64,000 nt of DNA from an uncultured Candidatus Saccharibacteria bacterium (GTDB lineage Bacteria > Patescibacteriota > Minisyncoccia > Phycocordibacterales > UBA12088): positions 41,530 through 105,529 of the forward strand of contig CAYPBQ010000003.1 in NCBI GenBank assembly GCA_964409035.1, given 5' to 3'. Below the pieces are notes generated by a model. The model was not told the DNA's origin. It did no database searches and saw only the letters and a list, made by a program, of their open reading frames with translations. Shown here in pieces: positions 38,621-48,214 of this stretch (the stretch's first letter is position 1; the number at the start of each line of letters is the position of its first letter). Both the position numbers and the translations under genes were made by a program.

Positions 38621-38973
38621 TCATTCACAAAAAACAGACCGGGTACACCCTCATGGGTAGCGAGGAGTCATACATTGAGGCAAGGCTCCCTCAAATTGAA
38701 AAATTACTCTCGACTCCACAAACTGCAAAAGTTGATATCGAAATTGCAAAAGAAGAACACGGCGCCACTCCATTTTATGCAGAGATAACAATAGAGGATA
38801 ATGGAAAGCTGTTTCGATCTTCTTCTGAGGCGGTTTCAGCTGAGATTGCGTTTGAAGAAGCTAAGGATGGTATTTTGCGGGAGCTCCGCGAGAAGAAACA
38901 TAAAGATAACAAAGATAGAAAGAAGTGGGGTGCAAAGCTAAAAGACATGTTTAGATTTGGGGGTAAGCAATAA
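38617..38973 (+). CDS. Ribosome hibernation factor HPF/RaiA-like
   Basis: YIEARL..IEKLL, FYAEITI, AFEEAKDGILRELR pattern. Confidence 0.7.
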   Translation: MIIHKKQTGYTLMGSEESYIEARLPQIEKLLSTPQTAKVDIEIAKEEHGATPFYAEITIEDNGKLFRSSSEAVSAEIAFEEAKDGILRELREKKHKDNKDRKKWGAKLKDMFRFGGKQ

Positions 38974-38975
38974 AT

Positions 38976-39003
38976 AAAAAAGTGCCGCCTCTTTCGAGGC
39001 GGC
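38976..39003 (-). terminator. Intrinsic terminator (U-tract on minus strand)
   Basis: GCCGCCTC-GAAA-GAGGCGGC then ACTTTTTT on minus strand. Confidence 0.75.
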
Positions 39004-39163
39004 TTAAGCGGGAGGAGCAAGGTAGGGGAGTATTGCGCTCGCCCAAGTCATGAGTTTAGAACGCATGAAATTACTGCGCGTGTTTGCCTGCTTGCCAGTC
39101 AGGCACTCATGACAAATTGACTTTATCATGTTGCTGATTTATGGCAAGTAATCAGGGTGGCTA

Positions 39164-39991
39164 TTATGAAGTATAGGGGCGCTCTTGCTTCCCTTCAGGG
39201 ATTATTTTAGTAGGGGAGAATACACCTTGTTTGTAGGTGGCTTCAGTTATTTTGATTCGCTTTCCTTCGGCGTCAAAGTAGAATATTCCCGGCCATGGGT
39301 AGAATGCGTTATAGGCAAGCCAATTTTTATATGCGTCGTCAGTGAGGCGTATTTCGCCCATCTCCTTGGTTATCTTTTTAGAGTAGGTTGCAAGTGAATG
39401 GTCCTGTGGTGAATATAGCGATATATCGCTATATTCGTTTGAGGTGAGTAGGTCCGCGAGGAGTTTGCCTCCTTCGTACATAAGGAGTGATTCAAGAACA
39501 TCAGCACGCATTGGCCATTCTTCAAGTTCAACACGTCCTTGCGCTAGGATAGGTCCATGATCCATTTTGTCATCAAGCTTCATAATAGAGACTCCAATCG
39601 CGCTTTGATCATCTGCGAGTATTGCAGAGCGCACGGGTGATGCGCCTCGATAGCTAGGGAGGAGTGATGGATGAATGTTAAGCACTCCATGTTGTGGAAT
39701 GTCTAAGAGTGCTTGAGGAAGAATCATCCCATATGCCGCAACAATAAATACATCCCAATCTGTGTTACCAAGCTCATTGATGAAGGCTTCAGTTATTTTT
39801 TCAGGTTGCAAGACCTCAATGCCTTCATTTGTTGCCCACTCCTTAACTGGTGGTTCAGTTAGCTGAAGCTTTCTCCCTGCGGGCTTGTCAGGTTGTGTCA
39901 CCACAACAGTGGGGAGTATGCCGTTCTCCTTTAGGGCGTTAAGTGCAGGGATAACAATGCTTGGCGTACCAAAGAAAATAATTTTTTTCAT
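39164..39991 (-). CDS. fmt: Methionyl-tRNA formyltransferase
   Basis: IFFGTP, VVTQPDKPAGR, NIHPSLLPSYRGASP, MDHGPIL. Confidence 0.96.
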   Translation of the reverse strand: MKKIIFFGTPSIVIPALNALKENGILPTVVVTQPDKPAGRKLQLTEPPVKEWATNEGIEVLQPEKITEAFINELGNTDWDVFIVAAYGMILPQALLDIPQHGVLNIHPSLLPSYRGASPVRSAILADDQSAIGVSIMKLDDKMDHGPILAQGRVELEEWPMRADVLESLLMYEGGKLLADLLTSNEYSDISLYSPQDHSLATYSKKITKEMGEIRLTDDAYKNWLAYNAFYPWPGIFYFDAEGKRIKITEATYKQGVFSPTKIIPEGKQERPYTS

Positions 39992-39992
39992 A

Positions 39993-40487
39993 TTAGCGGG
40001 CATGATACTCAATATCCCTTGCTTTCTCTATAAATAAAATACCATCAAGATGATCTATCTCATGTTGAAAGGCTTGCGCGAGTAGCCCCCCTGCGCCTCG
40101 GGTGAATTTTTCACCACGCTCGTTATATGCCTCTATTGTTACCCTAACGGCTCGCTCTACCTTGCCATACTTGCCTCGTACTGATAGGCAACCTTCTTCA
40201 AGCGGGATACGCCGCCGTGATGAGCGGGTGATAGAAGGATTAATGCAAACCAAGTCTTCCTCAGGATGTTCTGGGTCTTTTCCTAGGATTTTGCCAGATA
40301 CCACAAAGATGCGGAGTGATACACCTATTTGTGGCGCGGCTATAGCCGCGCCATCCTCTTCTTTATTTAGCGCTTCCTTCATATCCGCAATAACTGTTTG
40401 AATATGGGAAGAGGGTATCTCTTGAAGCGGCACTTCCTGTGCTACCTGTGAGAGGACTTTGTCGCCAATTTGGACAATTTTTTTCAT
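39993..40487 (-). CDS. def: Peptide deformylase
   Basis: AIAAPQIG, EGCLS, QHEIDHLDG. Confidence 0.97.
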   Translation of the reverse strand: MKKIVQIGDKVLSQVAQEVPLQEIPSSHIQTVIADMKEALNKEEDGAAIAAPQIGVSLRIFVVSGKILGKDPEHPEEDLVCINPSITRSSRRRIPLEEGCLSVRGKYGKVERAVRVTIEAYNERGEKFTRGAGGLLAQAFQHEIDHLDGILFIEKARDIEYHAR

Positions 40488-40561
40488 GTACCACAAGCAT
40501 ACAAAAAATGCAGGGTATTTCAATGGCTACAACATTATAGATACAATTAGTGCACCACCTC

Positions 40562-42442
40562 TTATAGCACGCTGTCAGGGTCAACCGTTACGGTAATATC
40601 GTGCGGAAGGTGTGATAGCACTTGAGATAATTCATTGTGTGGCCACTTGCCCGCGTCACATTTTATAAATCCATGCATCTCATATGAGGTCGCAGTCTTT
40701 CTAATGAGATGGGTGGTACCTGAGAATCCATACGGTACAAGCAGCGCCTCAAGTTCCTTCATTCTTTTTTCAACTTCGGATGCAGTACCACTTACTGACA
40801 CTTTGATAAGTGTAGAAAAGGGTGGGTAACCAAATGCCCCGCGTACCGCTAATTCATCCTTACAAAAATCACCAATTTGTCCGCGCATGGCGTGTTTAAT
40901 CAGGTCTTGCTCAGGGTGCCTGCTCTGAAGTACAAATACATCACTTGAGAGTTGGTGCAGCTTTATGAGTAATCGGAAGATGCGCTCATACATATTCCAC
41001 TGCGGGATAGACAATAGTGAATCAATAGATGCTATTGCGGTAAGTGGTATTGGCTCTCCTAGGTAGGGAAGTACCATGTCAGTGCCAACAAGTATTGTCT
41101 TTTTTTCACGGTAAAATGCTTCACACATTGCTTGCGCTTCTTTATATGTAGAGACGGTATCCGCGGTAAACTCAACCACTGTATGTTCAGGAAATAGCTC
41201 CTTTAGAGTATCCACCACTAAACCAGTAGATACACCAAAGGTTTGTAGTCGCCACGATGAACAATGGCGACAACGCTCGGCGGTGCTACGCACCGCGCCA
41301 CACGCATGGCATACAAAAAGGTTTTCTTTCTTGCCTTTGTGTACAACCACTGATGCTTCACACACATCACATCTAACCGTGTTTTTACAATCTTCACATA
41401 TAGTGATTGGAGCTAGTCCTCTGCGTGCGCTTATTATTAGTGCGCGCTCCGCGGTATCTATTTTTTCTTTAAGAAAGTCACTTATTATGTAGCTTGATGC
41501 TCTCCCTTCCTTTTTTTGTTCACTTCGCATGTCAACTAAAAATGCCTTTGAAGTATCAAGGAGTCTTTTGTGTAGTGGAGCTAGTTCATCAAATTCTCCT
41601 TGTGCCCTGCGATGAATTGTTTCTACACGAAGAGGAAGATCACCAAGTATAAGACGCGCATTAATCTCCTCAGCGTATCGCTCTACAAGTAGTCGTACAT
41701 CTATTCTTGGCGCATGTACCAATCGATAGTGATTACTTCCTTCTGACTCAATGATGATGGTGTGTATGTCATTTCTTGGTACTGCTACAAAGGTGCCAGT
41801 AGAGATGATAAGCACAGGATGCTCTTCATGGAGTGCTTTTTTCCATTCTGATATAAGTACTTTTTTTGATAGTGCTCCATGAAGCAGTACGATGTAATCA
41901 CTTATACCTCGAGCTAATGCGGATTGAATTTTTTCACCATCAATACGTGTGGGTACTACGATAAGTACAGATTGCTTCCTTGCAAAACATGCCCTAACTA
42001 TATTGCGGTATTCATCCATCCGCTCATCATCTGGTATTTGTAGTATAAGCTTTTCGGAGGTTGCATTTTTTACTGCAGCCTTAGGTGATTGAGGTGGCGC
42101 GTCCGGAAGTTCGGTAATAAGTTGAGTGGGTAGTAACCCAAATAATGTGCTCCCTACAGACGCGCAATAATGCGTCGCTGTCATTTGAAGCGCGCTAACA
42201 AACGCTGGTGAGATAGGGTTTTTATAACTGCGAGCAGAAACCTTTTTAATGGCATATGAGGCGCTCCGTAATACGCTTTTTGCGTCACGAATTTCTTCTA
42301 CCTCAACAATGAGGGCGGGTACTTGCTTTCCGCGTATTGGTACCTGGACTATGGCTCCAGTAGTAACCGGTAGGGTGGTGTAGTAGCTTAGTGTTGCTAA
42401 ACGAGTATTTCGGACTATGGGGCATACATGAATTAGCTTCAT
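40562..42442 (-). CDS. priA: Primosomal protein N' (helicase motifs degenerate)
   Basis: 3'-binding N-domain (GAIVQVP), RRG..CxxC..CxxC..CxxC..CxxC zinc region, GYPPF; Walker A and DEAH missing. Confidence 0.88.
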   Translation of the reverse strand: MKLIHVCPIVRNTRLATLSYYTTLPVTTGAIVQVPIRGKQVPALIVEVEEIRDAKSVLRSASYAIKKVSARSYKNPISPAFVSALQMTATHYCASVGSTLFGLLPTQLITELPDAPPQSPKAAVKNATSEKLILQIPDDERMDEYRNIVRACFARKQSVLIVVPTRIDGEKIQSALARGISDYIVLLHGALSKKVLISEWKKALHEEHPVLIISTGTFVAVPRNDIHTIIIESEGSNHYRLVHAPRIDVRLLVERYAEEINARLILGDLPLRVETIHRRAQGEFDELAPLHKRLLDTSKAFLVDMRSEQKKEGRASSYIISDFLKEKIDTAERALIISARRGLAPITICEDCKNTVRCDVCEASVVVHKGKKENLFVCHACGAVRSTAERCRHCSSWRLQTFGVSTGLVVDTLKELFPEHTVVEFTADTVSTYKEAQAMCEAFYREKKTILVGTDMVLPYLGEPIPLTAIASIDSLLSIPQWNMYERIFRLLIKLHQLSSDVFVLQSRHPEQDLIKHAMRGQIGDFCKDELAVRGAFGYPPFSTLIKVSVSGTASEVEKRMKELEALLVPYGFSGTTHLIRKTATSYEMHGFIKCDAGKWPHNELSQVLSHLPHDITVTVDPDSVL

Positions 42443-42512
42443 GATGTTTAGCATAACAAAATTTGTACGTATGCGTAGGCTGCAATTACTTAGTGGTGTG
42501 GTGTAAATGTAG

Positions 42513-42540
42513 AGGCGGGACCTGTAAACAGGTCCCGCCT
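42513..42540. terminator. Strong hairpin, probable terminator upstream of the priA promoter
   Basis: AGGCGGGACCTGT-AA-ACAGGTCCCGCCT. Confidence 0.65.
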
Positions 42541-42787
42541 TCGCATGCTCGATCAACGTGAGCATGCTATTTGATTGAGAATGCGAGGAAAACTATCCTA
42601 CTCTGGGTAGATAAGCATTCTTCGTCTGCGTTTAAGTAATCTAAGCGCTCTCAATATGGAGAGCACAACCAAGAAAATTCTTGATTTCAATGCTTGGCAT
42701 ATTATCATGGTGTCTCTCCCACACGAATGCGTACCACACGCACCCTTCATGGTGATGGTAGTGTATTAGCCCAGCTTTGGCAAGAGA

Positions 42788-44122
42788 TTACTCGTGAAGA
42801 AGTGAAATATCTGCTCCAAGCGATCTAAGACGGGTAACTAAATCCTCATACCCTCGATTAATGCTGTATACATTACGAAGTATCGAATGACCCTTAGCGC
42901 CAAGCATTCCTATAAGTAGGATAGTGGCAGGGCGTAGTGCTGGTGGGCAAATAAGCTCTGCTGGTCGGAGGGTGGTTGGCCCCTGTATAAGCATGCGGTG
43001 CGGATCCATAAGCGTGGTGTTTGCACCGAGTTTATCTAATTCTGTGTAATAGATGGCTCGCTTTTCATACGTCCAATCATGAATAAGTGTTTGTCCAATG
43101 GCTTGTGTTGCAATTACCGCAAAGAAAGGGAGATTGTCCATGTTAAGTCCTGGATATGGACGAGAGTAGATTTTTTCATCAAGAGCAGTAAGGGTGGATG
43201 GTTTGGTGACGATATCAACTAGATCAATTTCGCCATTTCTTCCTTTGTACTGTTTTTTAATTGTGTATGAGAATCCCATCTTCTTTAATTTAAGAAGCTC
43301 TAATTCCAAAAATCGTATTGGCGCGCGTGTGATAGTGATAGATGATTTTGTGATGATTGACGCAGCAAGGAAAAACATCGCATCAGTCGGATCCTCGCTG
43401 ATAGCATAGGTTACATCCTTGTTCATGTCGGCTACTCCATGAATGGTGAGGGTGGTGGTACCTACGCCCTCAAATCGAACACCAAAAAGCTCTAGAAATG
43501 AGCACAAGTCCTGCACCATGTAGTTAGATGAGGCGTATCGTATGGTGGTAGTTTGTGGAATGCGTGCAGCCGCCATAATTGCATTTTCTGTAGCGGTATC
43601 ACCAGATTCATACATAACAAAGTCCGCACCTCGTAACCCAGCATGATGCACTTTGTGTGCTACTTCAGTGGTTTCGATGGACACTCCCAAATTTTCTAAT
43701 GCAAAGAAGTGCGGCTGCACAGTCCTGCTACCCAATTTACACCCACCAGATTGCGGAATGCTGAATGATGAAAAGTGATGCAGAAGTGGACCAATGAACA
43801 TAAGCAAGCTTCGTGTTTTTTGACCTGCTTCTTTATCAAGTGTGCGAAGTGATAGTTTTTTAGGTGGGGTGATTGTTAATGTTGAGCCACTCCATACGGT
43901 AGAAACACCAATTGACTCAAGTACTTCGATAAGTCTGTACACCTCTTCAATTTTTGGTACGTGGGTGAGGGTGGTAGTTCCTTTGTTAAGTAGTGAAGCG
44001 CACAGCATTACTACCGCGCCATTTTTTGAAGAATTTGTTTCGATTGTACCAGTGAGCTTTTTGCCTCCATGTACTGAAAAGTGCTTAGCCTCTGCCTTTT
44101 TTATTGGAATTGTTTTTTTCAT
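42788..44122 (-). CDS. murA: UDP-N-acetylglucosamine 1-carboxyvinyltransferase
   Basis: SSKNG, GGCKLGSR active-site Cys, ATENAIMAA, INRGYE. Confidence 0.95.
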   Translation of the reverse strand: MKKTIPIKKAEAKHFSVHGGKKLTGTIETNSSKNGAVVMLCASLLNKGTTTLTHVPKIEEVYRLIEVLESIGVSTVWSGSTLTITPPKKLSLRTLDKEAGQKTRSLLMFIGPLLHHFSSFSIPQSGGCKLGSRTVQPHFFALENLGVSIETTEVAHKVHHAGLRGADFVMYESGDTATENAIMAAARIPQTTTIRYASSNYMVQDLCSFLELFGVRFEGVGTTTLTIHGVADMNKDVTYAISEDPTDAMFFLAASIITKSSITITRAPIRFLELELLKLKKMGFSYTIKKQYKGRNGEIDLVDIVTKPSTLTALDEKIYSRPYPGLNMDNLPFFAVIATQAIGQTLIHDWTYEKRAIYYTELDKLGANTTLMDPHRMLIQGPTTLRPAELICPPALRPATILLIGMLGAKGHSILRNVYSINRGYEDLVTRLRSLGADISLLHE

Positions 44123-44205
44123 AGTTTTGGTGATTAGCGGATTATAGCATGACGAAAAAAGATTGCAGTTTGCATAATTCTCTTAAAATCACTAGTATTG
44201 ATGGG

Positions 44206-45222
44206 ATGCAATTTTTCTCTCCAAAATTAGGAATAGACCTTGGAACCACCACCACGCTCGTGTTTGTTCCGGGTAGGGGTATCGTTCTCAATGAGCCATC
44301 GGTGGTAGCAATATCTCAGCTTGATAAAAAGGTACTTGCCGTAGGTGATGAAGCAAAAGAAATGCTCGGCAGGACACCAGAGGAGATAGTGGCGTACCGC
44401 CCTATGAAGGATGGAGTGATTGCGGATTATCGAGTGACCGAGATCATGCTTAGGTATTACATGAGAAAGGCGCTTGGAAAGTTTAATATCTTTAAGCCAG
44501 AGGTAATGGTGTCAGTGCCAGCAGGAGTAACATCAACCGAGCGACGTGCGGTGGTGGAGGCGGCACTACGCGCGGGCGCTCGCAGTGCATATGTAATTAA
44601 AGAGCCGATACTCGCAGCGATAGGCGCGGGTATACCAATTCACGAACCAAAGGGTTACATGATAGTTGATGTAGGTGGAGGCACTATTGATGTTGCGGTG
44701 ATAGCCCTTGGAGGTATTGTTGCGGCAAAATCTGTAAAGTGCGCGGGCAACAAGCTTGATCATGCAATTGCTGACTATATAAAAAAGACATTCAATTTAG
44801 CGATAGGCGACAAGACTGCAGAAAATATAAAAATTGAGGTTGGCTCTGCGGTTTCTATGGAAGAAGAGTTGACCATGACTATCAAGGGCCGTGACTTGCT
44901 TTCTGGATTACCACGTACTGCACAAGTTCGTACCAATGAGATTGTAAAAGCATTGTCACGCGAGCTTCGCGACATGATAAAGGCAATAAAGGATGTGCTT
45001 CAAGAAACCCCTCCCGAGCTTGCTGCAGATATTATTGATCACGGCATTATTATGACAGGAGGTTCATCAATGCTTCGCAACTTCCCAGAGCTTGTACTCA
45101 GACGAACAGGTGTTAAAGCAGCACTCGCAAAGGACCCACAATTTTGTGTGGTAAAAGGGACAGGTATCGCCCTCAATCACCTTGATACCTACAAAAAGGC
45201 AATGGTATCTAAACGAGCATAA
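44206..45222 (+). CDS. mreB: Rod shape-determining actin MreB (paralog 1)
   Basis: GIDLGT, EPSVVA, DVGGGT, TGG; ATG 44206 follows TTGCAT-N17-TAGTAT. Confidence 0.95.
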   Translation: MQFFSPKLGIDLGTTTTLVFVPGRGIVLNEPSVVAISQLDKKVLAVGDEAKEMLGRTPEEIVAYRPMKDGVIADYRVTEIMLRYYMRKALGKFNIFKPEVMVSVPAGVTSTERRAVVEAALRAGARSAYVIKEPILAAIGAGIPIHEPKGYMIVDVGGGTIDVAVIALGGIVAAKSVKCAGNKLDHAIADYIKKTFNLAIGDKTAENIKIEVGSAVSMEEELTMTIKGRDLLSGLPRTAQVRTNEIVKALSRELRDMIKAIKDVLQETPPELAADIIDHGIIMTGGSSMLRNFPELVLRRTGVKAALAKDPQFCVVKGTGIALNHLDTYKKAMVSKRA

Positions 45223-45869
45223 TGAATACAGCATCAGCAAAAAGTGTGACATGGCAGGCGGGTACTGTACTGCTCTTTGTTGCTGTGTTTTTTGTTATCG
45301 GTGTGGTGGCAAATAATTACAGAGAATTGCTAGAGGAGGTGGTACATACTACAGGGGTGCTGGGTATGGTTGGGTATGTAGCTATAACCGCGGGAGCAGT
45401 TATAGCAGCACCACTTTCGACGTTTCCTCTTGTGCCTATAGCAGCAATGATGTGGGGTAGCTTTATAGGCGCGCTCCTAAGTGCGCTTGGGTGGTTTATT
45501 GGATCAGTAGCGGTCTTTGGTATTGGGGTATATGCGCGCCCCTTCTTAATAAAAAAAGGTAATGTATTTGAAACTGCAGAAAAACTAGGGAGTGTGATAA
45601 CAAAGCACAACGACCCACTGACACTTATTTTTTTGCGTATGGTGCTACCAGTTGATGTGGTTTCGTATGCGCTTGCGTTATGTAATCCGATGCCATTTGG
45701 TCGGTATTGCTGGACTACGCTTATCGGTATACTTCCATTTGCGTTTATATTTTCTTATGTCGCAAACCTTAGTATGTGGTACCAAGGGATAGCGCTTGCT
45801 GGGATTGCGGTGTTTCTATTGCTGTCATATGTGCGTCTTCATTCGTGGTACAATGAGCGGCGTGTATGA
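45222..45869 (+). CDS. TVP38/TMEM64 (VTT/DedA) membrane protein
   Basis: LRMVLPVDVVSYA, TLIGILP, multiple TMs. Confidence 0.85.
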   Translation: MNTASAKSVTWQAGTVLLFVAVFFVIGVVANNYRELLEEVVHTTGVLGMVGYVAITAGAVIAAPLSTFPLVPIAAMMWGSFIGALLSALGWFIGSVAVFGIGVYARPFLIKKGNVFETAEKLGSVITKHNDPLTLIFLRMVLPVDVVSYALALCNPMPFGRYCWTTLIGILPFAFIFSYVANLSMWYQGIALAGIAVFLLLSYVRLHSWYNERRV

Positions 45870-46522
45870 AGTCCTATCGCGCGCCAAAAGAGGTCTTTTC
45901 TACTCACCACGCATTTTTGTGTGTGGGTGATGATGCTCTCTCCAGAGAGTATCTTGAAAGCATGGGAATTAGCGCAAAAGCGCTTGGCGTAGACTATAAA
46001 GAGATTGTCGAATCTCCCTTGTCGATTGGTACGGTACGAACTATCCGTAGCATGCTATCTGTTCGCCCTATTAAGACGCGCGTATATACAGCTATATACG
46101 CGCACACACTTGCACATGATGCGATGCATGCCCTACTCAAGATGTGTGAAGATCCAAATGGTTCTAGCGCGTTAGTGCTTATTACAAGAGATAGTGAATC
46201 ATTGTTACCTACACTACGCTCACGTTTTGTTACTGTCTTTCAATCTCAAAAGATAGCCTCTCCTCAAGTGCAGAAAGATGCCACTGCCTTTGCCCGCGCG
46301 TCAGTAAAAGGTAGGCTAGATATTGTTAAAAAATACATCGAGGAAGGCCGTGAATCCGCGCTTTATTTTGTTGATACCCTCCATGAAATATTTCGCCCAT
46401 ATCACACCACGCACCCCGATAGTATACGTGCGCTTGTTACGGCAAGATCCTATCTTACTGATACCTCTTCAAGTACTAAGCAGCTATTGGAGTACGTAGC
46501 GGGGGTACTGCCGCGAACGTGA
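45866..46522 (+). CDS. DNA polymerase III delta' subunit-like (short)
   Basis: AMHALLKMCEDP and LLPTLRSR motifs typical of HolB. Confidence 0.75.
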   Translation: MKSYRAPKEVFSTHHAFLCVGDDALSREYLESMGISAKALGVDYKEIVESPLSIGTVRTIRSMLSVRPIKTRVYTAIYAHTLAHDAMHALLKMCEDPNGSSALVLITRDSESLLPTLRSRFVTVFQSQKIASPQVQKDATAFARASVKGRLDIVKKYIEEGRESALYFVDTLHEIFRPYHTTHPDSIRALVTARSYLTDTSSSTKQLLEYVAGVLPRT

Positions 46523-46545
46523 TTTTCTGATACACTACCCAATGT

Positions 46546-47097
46546 ATGGCATATAACCTTTCAACCTTTAAAAAAGACTTAGAAGAAGTAACACAATGGC
46601 TTTCTCGGGAGTTTTCTGCACTTCGTAGCTCACAAGCAACACCGGCAATGCTTGATAATGTGCGTGTAGAATCATATGGATCATATATGCCACTTAATCA
46701 AGTTGCATCTATTTCGCTTGAAGATTCACGCACTATCCGCATTGCGCCATGGGACACTACGCAAATACCTACCATAGAGCGGGCTATCAGAGACGCAGAT
46801 CTTGGACTCTCTACAGTCGCAGATGGAAAAGGTGTGCGAGCAATTCTTCCTGAGCTTTCATCTGAGCGCAGAGAACAAGTGGTAAAGGTGATGAAAGAAA
46901 AATTAGAAGATGCCCGAGTGAAGGTGAGAAAACTACGTGATGAAACAAAAGCAGACATTGCAAAAAAAGAAAAGGACGGAGAGATAGCAGAGGATGACAA
47001 ATTTAGATCGCTTGAGGCAATGCAAGACATGGTGACCGCGATCAACAATGAGCTTGATGAGATGGCTAAGACTAAAGAAGCGGCAATTAGATCATAA
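46546..47097 (+). CDS. frr: Ribosome recycling factor
   Basis: LDNVRVESYG..PLNQVA, PELSSERRE. Confidence 0.96.
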   Translation: MAYNLSTFKKDLEEVTQWLSREFSALRSSQATPAMLDNVRVESYGSYMPLNQVASISLEDSRTIRIAPWDTTQIPTIERAIRDADLGLSTVADGKGVRAILPELSSERREQVVKVMKEKLEDARVKVRKLRDETKADIAKKEKDGEIAEDDKFRSLEAMQDMVTAINNELDEMAKTKEAAIRS

Positions 47098-47105
47098 TCA
47101 CATTC

Positions 47106-48209
47106 ATGAGCATACTAATTTTTTTTGGAGTACTTTTTATTCTTGTGGTGGTACACGAGTGGGGACATTTCATCGCTGCAAAAAAGCTCGGTATCAGAGT
47201 AGATGAATTTGGTGTCGGCTTTCCACCTAAGGCATATGGATTTACTCCAAAAGGTAGCGAGACTGAATATAGCATCAACTGGCTTCCTATTGGGGGCTTT
47301 GTGCGTATTTTTGGTGAAGACCCTAACGACGAATCAATAAATGGCCCTGATGGTGCCAGAAGTTTTGTGAATAAGCCAGCGTGGGTACGTGCAGTGGTAC
47401 TTGTTGCCGGTGTCACCATGAATATCCTACTTGCATATCTACTATATGTAGTAGCATTTTCAATGGGGATTCTCACTAGCACCGAATCTGTAAATGGTGG
47501 TGAGATGCGCGACAGGCAGGTTGTGGTATATGAGGCATTTGAAGGGGCGCCAGCAAGTGTTGCAGGGTTATCATCGGGCGACCTCATCGTTGGGATAGAG
47601 GGCGTCTCAAGTGATACGCCAGTAACCGGGCAAGCAATTACCGCGCATATTGCACAAGCTAAAGATAGCCCAGTTACCTTGTTGGTAAATAGCAATGGAG
47701 AGCGAAAGCCGATAACAGTAGTACCACAGACTGGCATACTCGAGAGTAATCCATCAGAGTATGCAATTGGCGTAAGTATGGGTGATGTTGCAATCGTATC
47801 CTATCCTTTTTACAAGGCGCTGTTTGTGGCAGGAGAGCATACGGCAAGTATGTTTTATCAAATAGTTGTTGGTCTCGGATCACTGCTATTTGATGCGGTA
47901 AGACTCAAGGCTGATCTTAGCTCGGTATCTGGTCCAGTGGGGATCGTATCACTTGTTGGAGATGCCTCAGCGCTTGGTATAGTGTATCTTCTTAGCTTTA
48001 CCGCATTTATCTCACTTAACCTTGCGGTTATAAACTTACTCCCATTTCCAGCACTTGATGGTGGCAGGCTCTTCTTCTTAGTAATAGAAAAAATCAAAGG
48101 TTCTGCAATCAATCCAAAAATAGCTAATACAGTTAACGCGGTTGGTTTTGCGTTTCTTATTATACTTATGGTGGTGGTCACCATAAGTGATATATTCAAA
48201 TTCTTTTAG
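47106..48209 (+). CDS. rseP: RIP metalloprotease RseP
   Basis: HEWGH, PDZ region, NLLPFPALDGG. Confidence 0.95.
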   Translation: MSILIFFGVLFILVVVHEWGHFIAAKKLGIRVDEFGVGFPPKAYGFTPKGSETEYSINWLPIGGFVRIFGEDPNDESINGPDGARSFVNKPAWVRAVVLVAGVTMNILLAYLLYVVAFSMGILTSTESVNGGEMRDRQVVVYEAFEGAPASVAGLSSGDLIVGIEGVSSDTPVTGQAITAHIAQAKDSPVTLLVNSNGERKPITVVPQTGILESNPSEYAIGVSMGDVAIVSYPFYKALFVAGEHTASMFYQIVVGLGSLLFDAVRLKADLSSVSGPVGIVSLVGDASALGIVYLLSFTAFISLNLAVINLLPFPALDGGRLFFLVIEKIKGSAINPKIANTVNAVGFAFLIILMVVVTISDIFKFF

Positions 48210-48214
48210 TCTGT

